From a virus (lineage: Duplodnaviria > Caudoviricetes): a stretch of DNA of 26,115 nt. Made by a program: the position numbers and the translations under genes. The first letter of the stretch is position 1, and each line of letters starts with the position of its first letter. The stretch is from IMG/VR virus record IMGVR_UViG_3300024255_000134, positions 1 to 26,115 of that record; one strand, 5' to 3'. The notes under the pieces were generated by a model. That model searched no databases and had not been told where the DNA came from. It saw nothing but the letters and a program-made list of their open reading frames with translations. Below are positions 7,597 through 16,136 of this stretch, one piece after another.

Positions 7597-8063
7597 GTAT
7601 CTTCAACGATGTTAAAGATCTTGCTGCTGGCAGTAAGAAGTCCAAAGATTGGTATCGATCTCAGTTCATGTATGGACTTGAAGATTCCAAAGGATTTAAT
7701 GTGGGTGATGTTATATTTTTCTCATATACTGCTCAAACTGAGGGATTGCAGTTTTATGATAGATATCCCATGGTTTTGATTACTGATATAGATCTACCCA
7801 AGAAGCAATTCTCTGGTGGTAATCTACATTACTTACGACCATCTACCAGAACTAGTATTGGTAGATCATGGGGTGGGGGTTCCCTCTCTTATCCTATGCG
7901 TTGCCATCATAAATACTTTATGTCAAACGCAGGCAACATAAAAAGTGTACCTTCTGTGGATCTTAGGGAAATGAAAGTACCATTACCATTAGAACAGTTT
8001 ACGATGGATGTGGTGGGACGCTGGATTGACGTACCTAGTAGTATCATTTGGAGTAGACAGTGA
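7593..8063 (+). CDS. gp2: DNA end protector gp2-like protein
   Basis: FF.Y......L.FYD.YP.VL...F.G.NLHYL.P..R...C.HKY pattern; follows gp4. Confidence 0.75.
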   Translation: MSIFNDVKDLAAGSKKSKDWYRSQFMYGLEDSKGFNVGDVIFFSYTAQTEGLQFYDRYPMVLITDIDLPKKQFSGGNLHYLRPSTRTSIGRSWGGGSLSYPMRCHHKYFMSNAGNIKSVPSVDLREMKVPLPLEQFTMDVVGRWIDVPSSIIWSRQ

Positions 8064-8815
8064 ATTACAGTCCTAACAGATTTAACGCTTTTCGCGACTT
8101 AGTAGCGACTGGTGCAGGAGCACCTGCTACTAGTAATTTGTTTCAAATTGTTATTCCAGTTCCAGTAGTATTTAACCCTGTTGCAGGTAACGGGACTACA
8201 TCTCAACGTGTTCAAACTAGTGCAAGAGAAACTCTTAGAAATATTAATTATTATGCATCTACTGTAACTGCACCTAGTAGAGCAATTACGACTGGTGAAG
8301 TTAATAACTTTGGTATGATGCGCCGATTTGTGACAGGGCAGACTAATTCCGAGATCACAATTTCATTCTTAGTCACAAAAGATATGCAACATAGGCAATT
8401 TTTTGAGCAATGGATGAATGCTGCTGCTTCTGATAATGACAATACTGTGGCATTCTATGATAACTATGTTACCGACATGTCTATCATTAAGTGGGAGCAT
8501 GGTGCAAACTTTAAGTTAAAACCTAAGGGATATCCAAGATCAGCAGGTGTACACCCTTCACAAGCAACAGCAGTGTGGAAGATGTATGGTGCATTTCCTA
8601 CCAATATCAGTACATTGAATTTTGATAATGAACAGACTAATCTCTTGCAGATGGATGTTCAGTTCTATTTTGAGAGGTATCGTTTCGATCAGGTATCACC
8701 AAAAACACTGAGATCTAATGGTAGGAGCAAAAAACAAGTTTTTAATTTTGAAGAGGTTAGTAAAAGAGTCTCTGGTTCGGGTAATCCCGATGTTCAGAGG
8801 TTTAGTATCGGGTAA
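8060..8815 (+). CDS. gp54: Baseplate tail tube initiator (gp54-like, tail-tube fold)
   Basis: NLF.I, P.R.I.T, I.F.V..D...R.FFE.WM, FYD.Y, AFP..IS and V.F.F motifs of the gp19/gp54 family. GTG start overlaps the gp2 stop. Confidence 0.65.
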   Translation: MNYSPNRFNAFRDLVATGAGAPATSNLFQIVIPVPVVFNPVAGNGTTSQRVQTSARETLRNINYYASTVTAPSRAITTGEVNNFGMMRRFVTGQTNSEITISFLVTKDMQHRQFFEQWMNAAASDNDNTVAFYDNYVTDMSIIKWEHGANFKLKPKGYPRSAGVHPSQATAVWKMYGAFPTNISTLNFDNEQTNLLQMDVQFYFERYRFDQVSPKTLRSNGRSKKQVFNFEEVSKRVSGSGNPDVQRFSIG

Positions 8816-8819
8816 CGTG

Positions 8820-8827
8820 TATAAATA
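8820..8827 (+). promoter_or_regulatory. T4-type late promoter
   Basis: Perfect TATAAATA in the intergenic gap, 21 nt before the gp26 ATG. Confidence 0.88.
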
Positions 8828-8848
8828 ATTTTATCGTCATTTCATACT

Positions 8849-9550
8849 ATGCCACTTCCTACTCTTGTTATCCCTGATTATGAGTGCAAAATGCCAATCA
8901 GTGGTCAAAAGGTCGTATATAGACCTTTCCTTGTAAAAGAGGAAAAACTGCTCTATCTTGCTATGGAAACCCAGAACGAGAAGGAGATGTTTAAAGCAGT
9001 CAAGACTATCTTGAAGGATTGTACTAACCTTAAAACAGTTGATAACCTTGCCACATTTGAAATTGAGTATTTATTCTTGAAGATTAGATCCAAGGCAGTT
9101 GGTGATGTTAGTGAGTTTAAGGTAACCTGTCAAGATGATGGTGAAACTCAGGTTGATGTTTCTATTAACTTGGAAGAAGTTGAAGTAGTTGTTCCTAAGG
9201 AACATAAAAAGATTATTAAACTTAATGAAACTGTCAAAGTGGAAATGAAATATCCCGCTTTGGAATCATTCGTTGATCGTAACATGAAAGACGAACCTGA
9301 TATTGATGATGTGTTTGATCTTGCTGCAAATTGCATCAAGAAAGTATATGAAGGTGAAGAAACCTACGATTCATTTACTAAACAGGAAGCAAAGGATTTC
9401 CTTGGTCAGATGAACAATGAACAGTTCGGATTGATTCAACAATTCTTTGATACCATGCCTAAACTCGTATATGAGTTTGATGTTGAGAATCCAAAGACTA
9501 AGGTGATGAATACAGTTACGCTTGAAGGATTAGCATCTTTTTTCGCATAG
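8849..9550 (+). CDS. gp26: Baseplate hub subunit / assembly chaperone gp26
   Basis: MPLP....P.Y....P.SG....YRPFLVKEEK.L, FEIEYLFL.IR.K.VG, MKYP, FF.TMPKL and LEGLASFF motifs. Confidence 0.92.
   Translation: MPLPTLVIPDYECKMPISGQKVVYRPFLVKEEKLLYLAMETQNEKEMFKAVKTILKDCTNLKTVDNLATFEIEYLFLKIRSKAVGDVSEFKVTCQDDGETQVDVSINLEEVEVVVPKEHKKIIKLNETVKVEMKYPALESFVDRNMKDEPDIDDVFDLAANCIKKVYEGEETYDSFTKQEAKDFLGQMNNEQFGLIQQFFDTMPKLVYEFDVENPKTKVMNTVTLEGLASFFA
9538..9544 (+). promoter_or_regulatory. Candidate -1 ribosomal frameshift heptamer T_TTT_TTC
   Basis: X_XXY_YYZ in the gp26 frame, one sense codon before its stop. The -1 frame reads R-I-A-L into the gp51 ATG at 9556. Confidence 0.65.
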
Positions 9551-9555
9551 CCCTG

Positions 9556-9744
9556 ATGCATAATAGTCTTGAAAATTACTACAAGACTAATTTCGCCTTA
9601 ATGCATCATCATAAGTATTCCCTCTCCGAGTTGGAAAACATGATACCTTGGGAACGAGAAGTTTATACTAATCTTCTTCTGGCATATTTACAAGAAGAAG
9701 AACGAGAACGGTCTAAACAACAGTCTGGTAAAAGTTATCTCTAA
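9556..9744 (+). CDS. gp51: Baseplate hub assembly catalyst gp51-like (short; possibly the C-terminal part of a gp26 fusion)
   Basis: SLENYYKTNFALM.HHKYSL.ELENMIPWEREVY..LL motif; follows gp26. Confidence 0.85.
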   Translation: MHNSLENYYKTNFALMHHHKYSLSELENMIPWEREVYTNLLLAYLQEEERERSKQQSGKSYL

Positions 9745-12700
9745 TGGCAGCAACTCTTAGAAAATATATTAACATCAGTCCTTCGTCTGATGTTAGTTCT
9801 GACGATTTGGGCAAGGCATTCAAGAAAATGACCATTGCCCATAATCGTATGGGTGGTGCTGTAACAAATATTGGAGTTCAGTTAATTGAATTCAAAGAAT
9901 TAATTAGTATGTATCAAGAATCCACAATTGGATTCTTGGAGCAAGAGAAAGATATATCGGAAAAAGAATCTAAGCATAGAAAAGATATAATTGAAAAAAA
10001 GTCAGATTTACTGAATAAACAGAAGGGGTTACAACAAGATAAATTAGCAGAGAAAAAGCAAGAATCACTAAACGAGAAGGGTGAACACGAATTAGGAAAA
10101 GAAGAAGGAAAGAAGGTAAAGAAGTCTAGGTTTGGGTGGTTGAAGGGACTACTAAAACCAATGACATTACTCATTGGTGGTTTAGTTAAGTTAGTTGCTA
10201 TACCCGTCCTAATGGGTTTGATGGATTGGTTAGGCGATCCGAAAAACAAAGAGAAGATAACAAAGGTATTAAATTTCTTTAAAGGTATCTGGAATCTTGC
10301 CAGTATGTTCACCCGTTGGGGTGTTGGTTCAGTTCTGGACGGTATAACTGATGTATTTGGTTATGACCCCGACAAGAGTATGGTCGAGAATGGTCTCGAC
10401 AAAATGTTTGGTGTTCTCAAAATCTTAGCAGGGTTTGCTGCGATCCACATTGGATCACGCATCTTAATGCCATGGAAGTTGCTAAGTGATGCCAAATTTA
10501 TGTTTGGTCTCGGCAAGGCGGTAGACGCTGCCGAGAAAGCAGGTTGTGGACCTAAGGTAAAAAAACCGAAAGGTAAGAGAGTTGGTAGAGATGGCAGAAC
10601 ATCAAAGCAGCGTCTTAAAGATATAAAGAAAGCGAAGAGACTTAGGAGAATCAAGGCTCTTCGTAGTCAGATCACTAAAAAGTTTACAGCAGCAGCGACT
10701 GGTATCAATGGTCTATTCAAGAAACCACCAACACCTGCTGTAAAACCAACAGCAAAGTTATCACCCTTTCAACTTGAACAGGCACAAAAAAAGGCAACCC
10801 AGCAAGCGATGGGTCTTGGTGATGAGGTTGCAGAAACAGCAGCAAAGAACAAGGGTGTCGTAGGCACTCTCAGAAACCTTTGGAGTGGTGCTGTCGATCT
10901 TGGTGGCGCTGCCAAGACACAACTCAAAAAGGGTGGTAGTTTTGCATTAAAGCAGGTAGGTAGACTCAACAATTGGTTTGGTGCTCGTGCGGGTGCCATG
11001 ATTGATGGTGTCAAGGGCATGGGTCAAGGCATCTGGGACTTTGGTAAGAGAGCAGGGAAAAGTCTTGGTGATGTTGTCGAAATGGCAAAGAATCCTAAGG
11101 CACTTGCTGCAAAGGTAACTACAAAAGTCAAAGACTTCATCAAACCTACATTAGAAAAGAATCCTCAGGCAAAGAAGATTGCCGAGTTTGCTGAGTTACC
11201 AAAAGGACAACAGGTAAAGACGGCAGGAAAATCTGTTGTTAGTTTCTTGGCATCAGGATTTAAGAATCCTGGATTCAAGACCATGCGAGAGTTTCTTGGT
11301 GCTGCAAAATCCAGCATGAAGATTGGTGGTATTGATACACTGATTGCCTCTATCATGGCATTGTTAGATTATGGTGTATTTGGTGAGTCACCTATCAACG
11401 CTATACTGAAAGCATTAGGTGGTTTATTGGGATATAGTGCTGGTTTTGCTATTGGTGCTCCATTTGGTGGTGTTCCTGGTTTCATTACTGGTGCTGCTGG
11501 TGGATTCGCTGGTGAATGGGCAGCAGAGCAACTACTTGGTTTGCTTGCTAAGACTGGTTTAAAAGATATAGATGATCCAATTGCAAAGCAACTTGGTGGT
11601 GCTTTCCCACAGAGGAAACTTGTACGTGATCCTAATGGCGAAATGCCTGGTATGGAGGCATTGATGGGTGCCGCTGAGAATGATGGTGATGGTACGGCAG
11701 AAATCAAACCACCTGATCTCCCTGAGATGGCAGTGGGTGGTATAGTGAAAGATGGATCGCAGAAGAAAAAAGATCTACCTAAACCTAGATATACAACCTC
11801 CAAGAAACTTGTCACTAAGTTTGATATTCCTACACAGGGTGAGGGACAATTCAAGAGATTTGCTAGTGGTGGTCTCTATGTGTTCTCCACAGCACCTGCT
11901 GGCGCTCCCAAAATGATGGGTGATGGTAAAGGATATGCTGATACATATCCACATCATCATCCTAAACCTGGTGGTAATGTACCTCGTTCTGGTGGTATTC
12001 CTAGGGACTATCTAATCTCTGAGAAGAGTAATCCAGCATCACCTGACTCTAAGGGTGATAGACATCCTATCCGTGCGGGTGTTACTGGTACTGTTGATTC
12101 TGTTGGTGAAGGATGGGGTGCAGTAAGGGTTAAAGATGGGTCTGGTCCTATGTTCCGTTCTGGTCATATGACTGGGATTAAAGTGAAGGTAGGAGACCAA
12201 GTTACACCTAATACTATCATCGGTATCCAAGACTCCGTTGGTATGGGTAATGGATATGTTCATGCTCATATTGAAGGCAGAACACCTGCCATTCATAATG
12301 CTTGGATGAGAGCAAACATTGGTGCTGTTAGTACAGATACGGGTAAAGATGATGTTCCTGCTACTGACGATGGATCTAGTCCTGGTAAAAGTGGTAGCAA
12401 TGCCGAAAGTGGTGGTGCAGGTGGTGGTCAACCATCAGCAACAGAAGAATATCGATCAACTGGTAGTATTGTAGATTTCTTTAAGAAGTCTGCTGGTATA
12501 TTGGGGCAGTATGCTAAGGATACTTCTGTCATGGGTGGTTCATCTATGCCAACAACCACAAGTATGCCAAATGCACAGGTGAGTGGTGTTGGACCTGTTG
12601 CTAATGGTGCTGCATATGCAGGATCATTAAAACCTGCTGCTAAGGTGAGTGGTATTGGACCTCTTGCTGATGGTGCATCTTATGCAGAATCATTAAAACC

Positions 12701-12914
12701 TGCTGCTACGGTAAGTGCTCCCCCTAGTAAGATAAATACAACAGCAGATAAATTGAAATCTCTGTCTACTAGTAAAGTTCGTCGGGATAAAGAACCAAGC
12801 AAACCAAATATGATGATTGCTGTGCAACCTGTTGTGAAAACTAATACAGTTAATACAGGCGGCGGCGGAGGAGGATCTAGTAGTCCATCCGCATCACCAC
12901 TTCTTACGAAATAA
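9744..12914 (+). CDS. Tape-measure-like virion protein with an M23-like peptidase domain
   Basis: N-terminal coiled coil and amphipathic/hydrophobic Gly-Ala segments. The C-terminal part has AGVTGTV, GHM....VKVGDQV...IIG and HAHIE (M23-like). Lies between gp51 and the hub gene. Confidence 0.7.
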   Translation: MAATLRKYINISPSSDVSSDDLGKAFKKMTIAHNRMGGAVTNIGVQLIEFKELISMYQESTIGFLEQEKDISEKESKHRKDIIEKKSDLLNKQKGLQQDKLAEKKQESLNEKGEHELGKEEGKKVKKSRFGWLKGLLKPMTLLIGGLVKLVAIPVLMGLMDWLGDPKNKEKITKVLNFFKGIWNLASMFTRWGVGSVLDGITDVFGYDPDKSMVENGLDKMFGVLKILAGFAAIHIGSRILMPWKLLSDAKFMFGLGKAVDAAEKAGCGPKVKKPKGKRVGRDGRTSKQRLKDIKKAKRLRRIKALRSQITKKFTAAATGINGLFKKPPTPAVKPTAKLSPFQLEQAQKKATQQAMGLGDEVAETAAKNKGVVGTLRNLWSGAVDLGGAAKTQLKKGGSFALKQVGRLNNWFGARAGAMIDGVKGMGQGIWDFGKRAGKSLGDVVEMAKNPKALAAKVTTKVKDFIKPTLEKNPQAKKIAEFAELPKGQQVKTAGKSVVSFLASGFKNPGFKTMREFLGAAKSSMKIGGIDTLIASIMALLDYGVFGESPINAILKALGGLLGYSAGFAIGAPFGGVPGFITGAAGGFAGEWAAEQLLGLLAKTGLKDIDDPIAKQLGGAFPQRKLVRDPNGEMPGMEALMGAAENDGDGTAEIKPPDLPEMAVGGIVKDGSQKKKDLPKPRYTTSKKLVTKFDIPTQGEGQFKRFASGGLYVFSTAPAGAPKMMGDGKGYADTYPHHHPKPGGNVPRSGGIPRDYLISEKSNPASPDSKGDRHPIRAGVTGTVDSVGEGWGAVRVKDGSGPMFRSGHMTGIKVKVGDQVTPNTIIGIQDSVGMGNGYVHAHIEGRTPAIHNAWMRANIGAVSTDTGKDDVPATDDGSSPGKSGSNAESGGAGGGQPSATEEYRSTGSIVDFFKKSAGILGQYAKDTSVMGGSSMPTTTSMPNAQVSGVGPVANGAAYAGSLKPAAKVSGIGPLADGASYAESLKPAATVSAPPSKINTTADKLKSLSTSKVRRDKEPSKPNMMIAVQPVVKTNTVNTGGGGGGSSSPSASPLLTK
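12579..12710 (+). repeat. In-frame 66-bp tandem duplication (2 copies)
   Basis: VSGVGPVANGAAYAGSLKPAAK / VSGIGPLADGASYAESLKPAAT; units start at 12579 and 12645. Confidence 0.9.
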
Positions 12915-15900
12915 ATGGCAGAAACCAAAGCAAGATTATATAAGTATGTAACTCCTCCTACATTTTCAGGTAAGGGGGGTGGTATTACTGTAAAGGTTGG
13001 TGGTAAGACTATCACTCAACCCCAAGTGGGTTATGTTAAAAATATCAAAGCAATCAATAGTCTTGGTGCGACTACCAATAGTATTGCTGTCTTAGTTCAG
13101 GACATGAACAAGTCCTTCAAGGGTTTTTATGTGAAAAGTCTTGGATTGCAGCAAGGGTTGCTCGACAGTCGTGAAGATGCTCTTAAAGAAGAGAAGAAAT
13201 TATTAAAGAAGAGTGAAAAGGCAGATAAGAGAGCAGCAGGACTAGAACAAGATAAGAAAGCAGAAAGTAAGCAAGAGGGATTAACAAAAAAAAGTTCTGT
13301 TGGTGAGAAGAGTAAGAAGATTGCTGCAAGGGCATTAGGTTTCTTTGAAGGTATTGCTCAGTTGTTTGGTGGTATCTTCAAATCACTACTCCTTTATGGA
13401 TTGATGGAATGGTTAGGTAATCCACAAAATATCAAGAAAGTAAAGAAACTACTAGAAACAATAAAATCTATTGGTAAGTTCTTTATTGATACTTATGGTG
13501 CATTAGTTAAGATGGGACTTAACGGTCTCATTGAGTTCTTAGATAACCCATTAAGTTTTGAGGGTGTATTCGGTATTATCAAATTTGTTACAGCATTAGG
13601 ACTCATATTTGCTCCTGCTGCCGTAGCGAAATTAGGTCTTGGTTTATTCTTTAAACTAGCGAAAGGTGGTGGATTAGTTAAAGGTGTTGCAGGATTTGTT
13701 AGTACACTATTCAAGTCTGTCACTGGTGTATTCAAAGGAATGTTTGCCTTTGTTAAAGGTAGAGGTCTTTGGGTAGCAGGAGCATTCTTAGCAGGTGGCG
13801 CAATTGCTGCCGCTGCTGGTGCATTTAATGAAGATCCTACCGACGAAAGTGTAGCAGAATTAGTAAAAGAGAAAGGTGAAGAAGAGACAGCAAAACAGTT
13901 ACAGCAGCAACTTGATAGTCTCAACTTTATTCAAAAGATGTTGGGTAAAGATAAACCCATCAAACAACAAATTGAGAAGTTAGAAGGCAAAGCAATAGGT
14001 GGTCAAGTTGGTAAAGCATCAGGTGGTGGATGGATCAATGGTCCACAATCTGGGTATCCTGTATCACTTGATGGTGGTAGATCTACATCATTCATCGGTC
14101 ACGGTACTGAATGGGTAGGTAAACGTGCTGGTGGTGGAGATGCATTTGTTGTACCATTTGACACTCCTGCAACTAGGGGTGGTAATGGTCTGACCAATAT
14201 GAGAATGCAGCAGGCGAAAGCAGGTGGTTATGGTCTGCCTGCATTTGCTAAGGGTGGTAAGTTATCAGGTACAAAGAATCACCGTCGTGATGGTTCTCAG
14301 GAAGAGAATCGTCTTGCTGGAATGGATAGAATGGCGAAAGGTGGCAAGATGTTCTTGCACTGGACCGCTGGTGGTGGTAACTTCAAACAGAAAGGTAAGT
14401 ACCACGGTATCATTCAAGGTGATGGTAGTGTATATCGAGCACACCCTTATGATCAAAGAGGTGGTGTTGCCCACACATATTTAAGAAATAGTACAGGTAT
14501 TGGACTGTCTCTCGCTGCGATGGCAGGTGGGGCAGGTAATTATCGTTGGCCTAGTGATGATCAAGTCACTTCAATGTCCAAAGAGATTGCCAACATTGCT
14601 AAGAGTAGAGGGTGGTCTCCTAATGATATTAATGTTAAGAATGTGATGACTCATGCTGAGGCAGCATCTGGTAAAGATGGTTTACTTCCTAAGAATGATA
14701 ACTATGGTCCTACGGCATGGGGTGGTGATGGAGCACGTTGGGATCTCTGGCACCTTACTAAGGGTGGAGAAAAAGGTTCTGGTGGTAACATCATCCGCGC
14801 TAAGGCGAGAGGATTTATGGGTGGTGATTCGACCGTAGCAGAATCCACAGGATCAGTAGCACCAGTTAAGGGAGCAAAGACAACTGTATCCAGTCCCAAT
14901 GGTTCCACCTCTACATCCTCCTCAGGGGTGCCTAGCGCGTCCCCAGGGGCGGGATCAACAGCAGCAGAGGCACAATATAAGTCTACTGGTGCAATTATGG
15001 ATTTCTTTGGGAAATCCACTGGAATGTTGACTCAGTATGCTAATGATGCTGGCGCTGGTGGATTCTCTTCGGGTGGTAAATGGTCACCTGTCCTAGATCT
15101 TATCGCCAAGGGAGAATCTGACACCTCTGGTGGTTATGATGCAATGAATCCTAGTAGAAATACAAAATCTGAGGGTACACCAATCACTAATATGACTATG
15201 AGAGAAGTGAGAGATATGGCGATGAGGGGTAAGGGTACTGGTGCTGCTGGTAGATACCAGATCATGCCCCAATACAAAGGTAGTAATGTATTTAAGAAAT
15301 TAGTTGAAGATGTTGGTCTGAACTATGACACAGATAAGTTCACACCCGCCAATCAAGATAAGATGGCAGTCTATCGGATTGAAAAAACAAGAGGTGGTGA
15401 TCGTTGGTTAGCAGGTAAGTATAAAGGTGGTGATGTTGCCTTTGCCAATAATCTTGCTAACGAATGGGCAGCACTACAAAAATCTCATGGTGGTGGTGCA
15501 TATGATGGTGATGGTAAAAACCATGCATCCATCTCTCAGAGTGATCTGATGAAAGCAATGCAAAAGACGAAAGCGGGTGGTTATCCAAAGTTTGATCCTA
15601 ATAAGAAATATAAGACTGGTGATATTGCCATGAAGGACGGCATTCCTAAGATATATGGTGGTTTTGGTTGGGGTGCTCATGATGGTGTGAGTGCTACTGA
15701 ACAGGGCACATCAGCAGATACTTTGAGTGCAACTACACCATCAACAGGTAGTGGAGATACAAGTGGTGGTGAAGAACAAAAGAAACCTGTCACCTTTGAA
15801 AGTGTCATGGAGAACATCGGTAGCAAGATGAGTCTCTTAGGGCAATATTCTAAGGATGCAAAAATAATGGATGGTGGTAAAGCATCAACGAGTGATCTAC

Positions 15901-16136
15901 TTACTTCTATGCAGAAGAAGGAAGATGCTGCCACTGCCGAAGCAAAACAAGGTGGTGGAGTTACAGCAGCAACATTACCCCCACAAGGTGGTCCAGGGAA
16001 TGATACTGTTGCCTCTGCTGCTCCTAGATCATCAGGTGGTAGTGGTGCTCCATATATAATACCAGCGAATGATTACGCCAGACCCAGGTTTGGTCTTACA
16101 TCAGAAATTTTTAACGAACCTGTTAGCATAGCGTAA
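12915..16136 (+). CDS. Second tape-measure-like virion protein with amidase and lysozyme-like domains
   Basis: N-terminus is paralogous to the upstream gene. LHWTAG, YH.II.GDG, AHT..RN...IGLS and MTHAE indicate an Amidase_2-like domain. LDLIA.GES, AAGRYQ, F.P.NQD and EWAAL indicate a lambda-R-like muramidase/transglycosylase. Confidence 0.75.
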   Translation: MAETKARLYKYVTPPTFSGKGGGITVKVGGKTITQPQVGYVKNIKAINSLGATTNSIAVLVQDMNKSFKGFYVKSLGLQQGLLDSREDALKEEKKLLKKSEKADKRAAGLEQDKKAESKQEGLTKKSSVGEKSKKIAARALGFFEGIAQLFGGIFKSLLLYGLMEWLGNPQNIKKVKKLLETIKSIGKFFIDTYGALVKMGLNGLIEFLDNPLSFEGVFGIIKFVTALGLIFAPAAVAKLGLGLFFKLAKGGGLVKGVAGFVSTLFKSVTGVFKGMFAFVKGRGLWVAGAFLAGGAIAAAAGAFNEDPTDESVAELVKEKGEEETAKQLQQQLDSLNFIQKMLGKDKPIKQQIEKLEGKAIGGQVGKASGGGWINGPQSGYPVSLDGGRSTSFIGHGTEWVGKRAGGGDAFVVPFDTPATRGGNGLTNMRMQQAKAGGYGLPAFAKGGKLSGTKNHRRDGSQEENRLAGMDRMAKGGKMFLHWTAGGGNFKQKGKYHGIIQGDGSVYRAHPYDQRGGVAHTYLRNSTGIGLSLAAMAGGAGNYRWPSDDQVTSMSKEIANIAKSRGWSPNDINVKNVMTHAEAASGKDGLLPKNDNYGPTAWGGDGARWDLWHLTKGGEKGSGGNIIRAKARGFMGGDSTVAESTGSVAPVKGAKTTVSSPNGSTSTSSSGVPSASPGAGSTAAEAQYKSTGAIMDFFGKSTGMLTQYANDAGAGGFSSGGKWSPVLDLIAKGESDTSGGYDAMNPSRNTKSEGTPITNMTMREVRDMAMRGKGTGAAGRYQIMPQYKGSNVFKKLVEDVGLNYDTDKFTPANQDKMAVYRIEKTRGGDRWLAGKYKGGDVAFANNLANEWAALQKSHGGGAYDGDGKNHASISQSDLMKAMQKTKAGGYPKFDPNKKYKTGDIAMKDGIPKIYGGFGWGAHDGVSATEQGTSADTLSATTPSTGSGDTSGGEEQKKPVTFESVMENIGSKMSLLGQYSKDAKIMDGGKASTSDLLTSMQKKEDAATAEAKQGGGVTAATLPPQGGPGNDTVASAAPRSSGGSGAPYIIPANDYARPRFGLTSEIFNEPVSIA

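Noticed and set aside
9566-9593. H-type pseudoknot downstream of the slippery site (AAATTA/TAATTT as stem 2)
   Set aside because: It would require a zero-length connecting loop and an all-AU stem; only the simple hairpin is supportable.
9914-15934. Many minus-strand ORFs of 60-160 aa opposite the two large genes (similar ones lie opposite gp5 and the last two genes)
   Set aside because: They are shadow ORFs from the codon bias of Gly/Lys-rich genes, with no motifs or expression signals.
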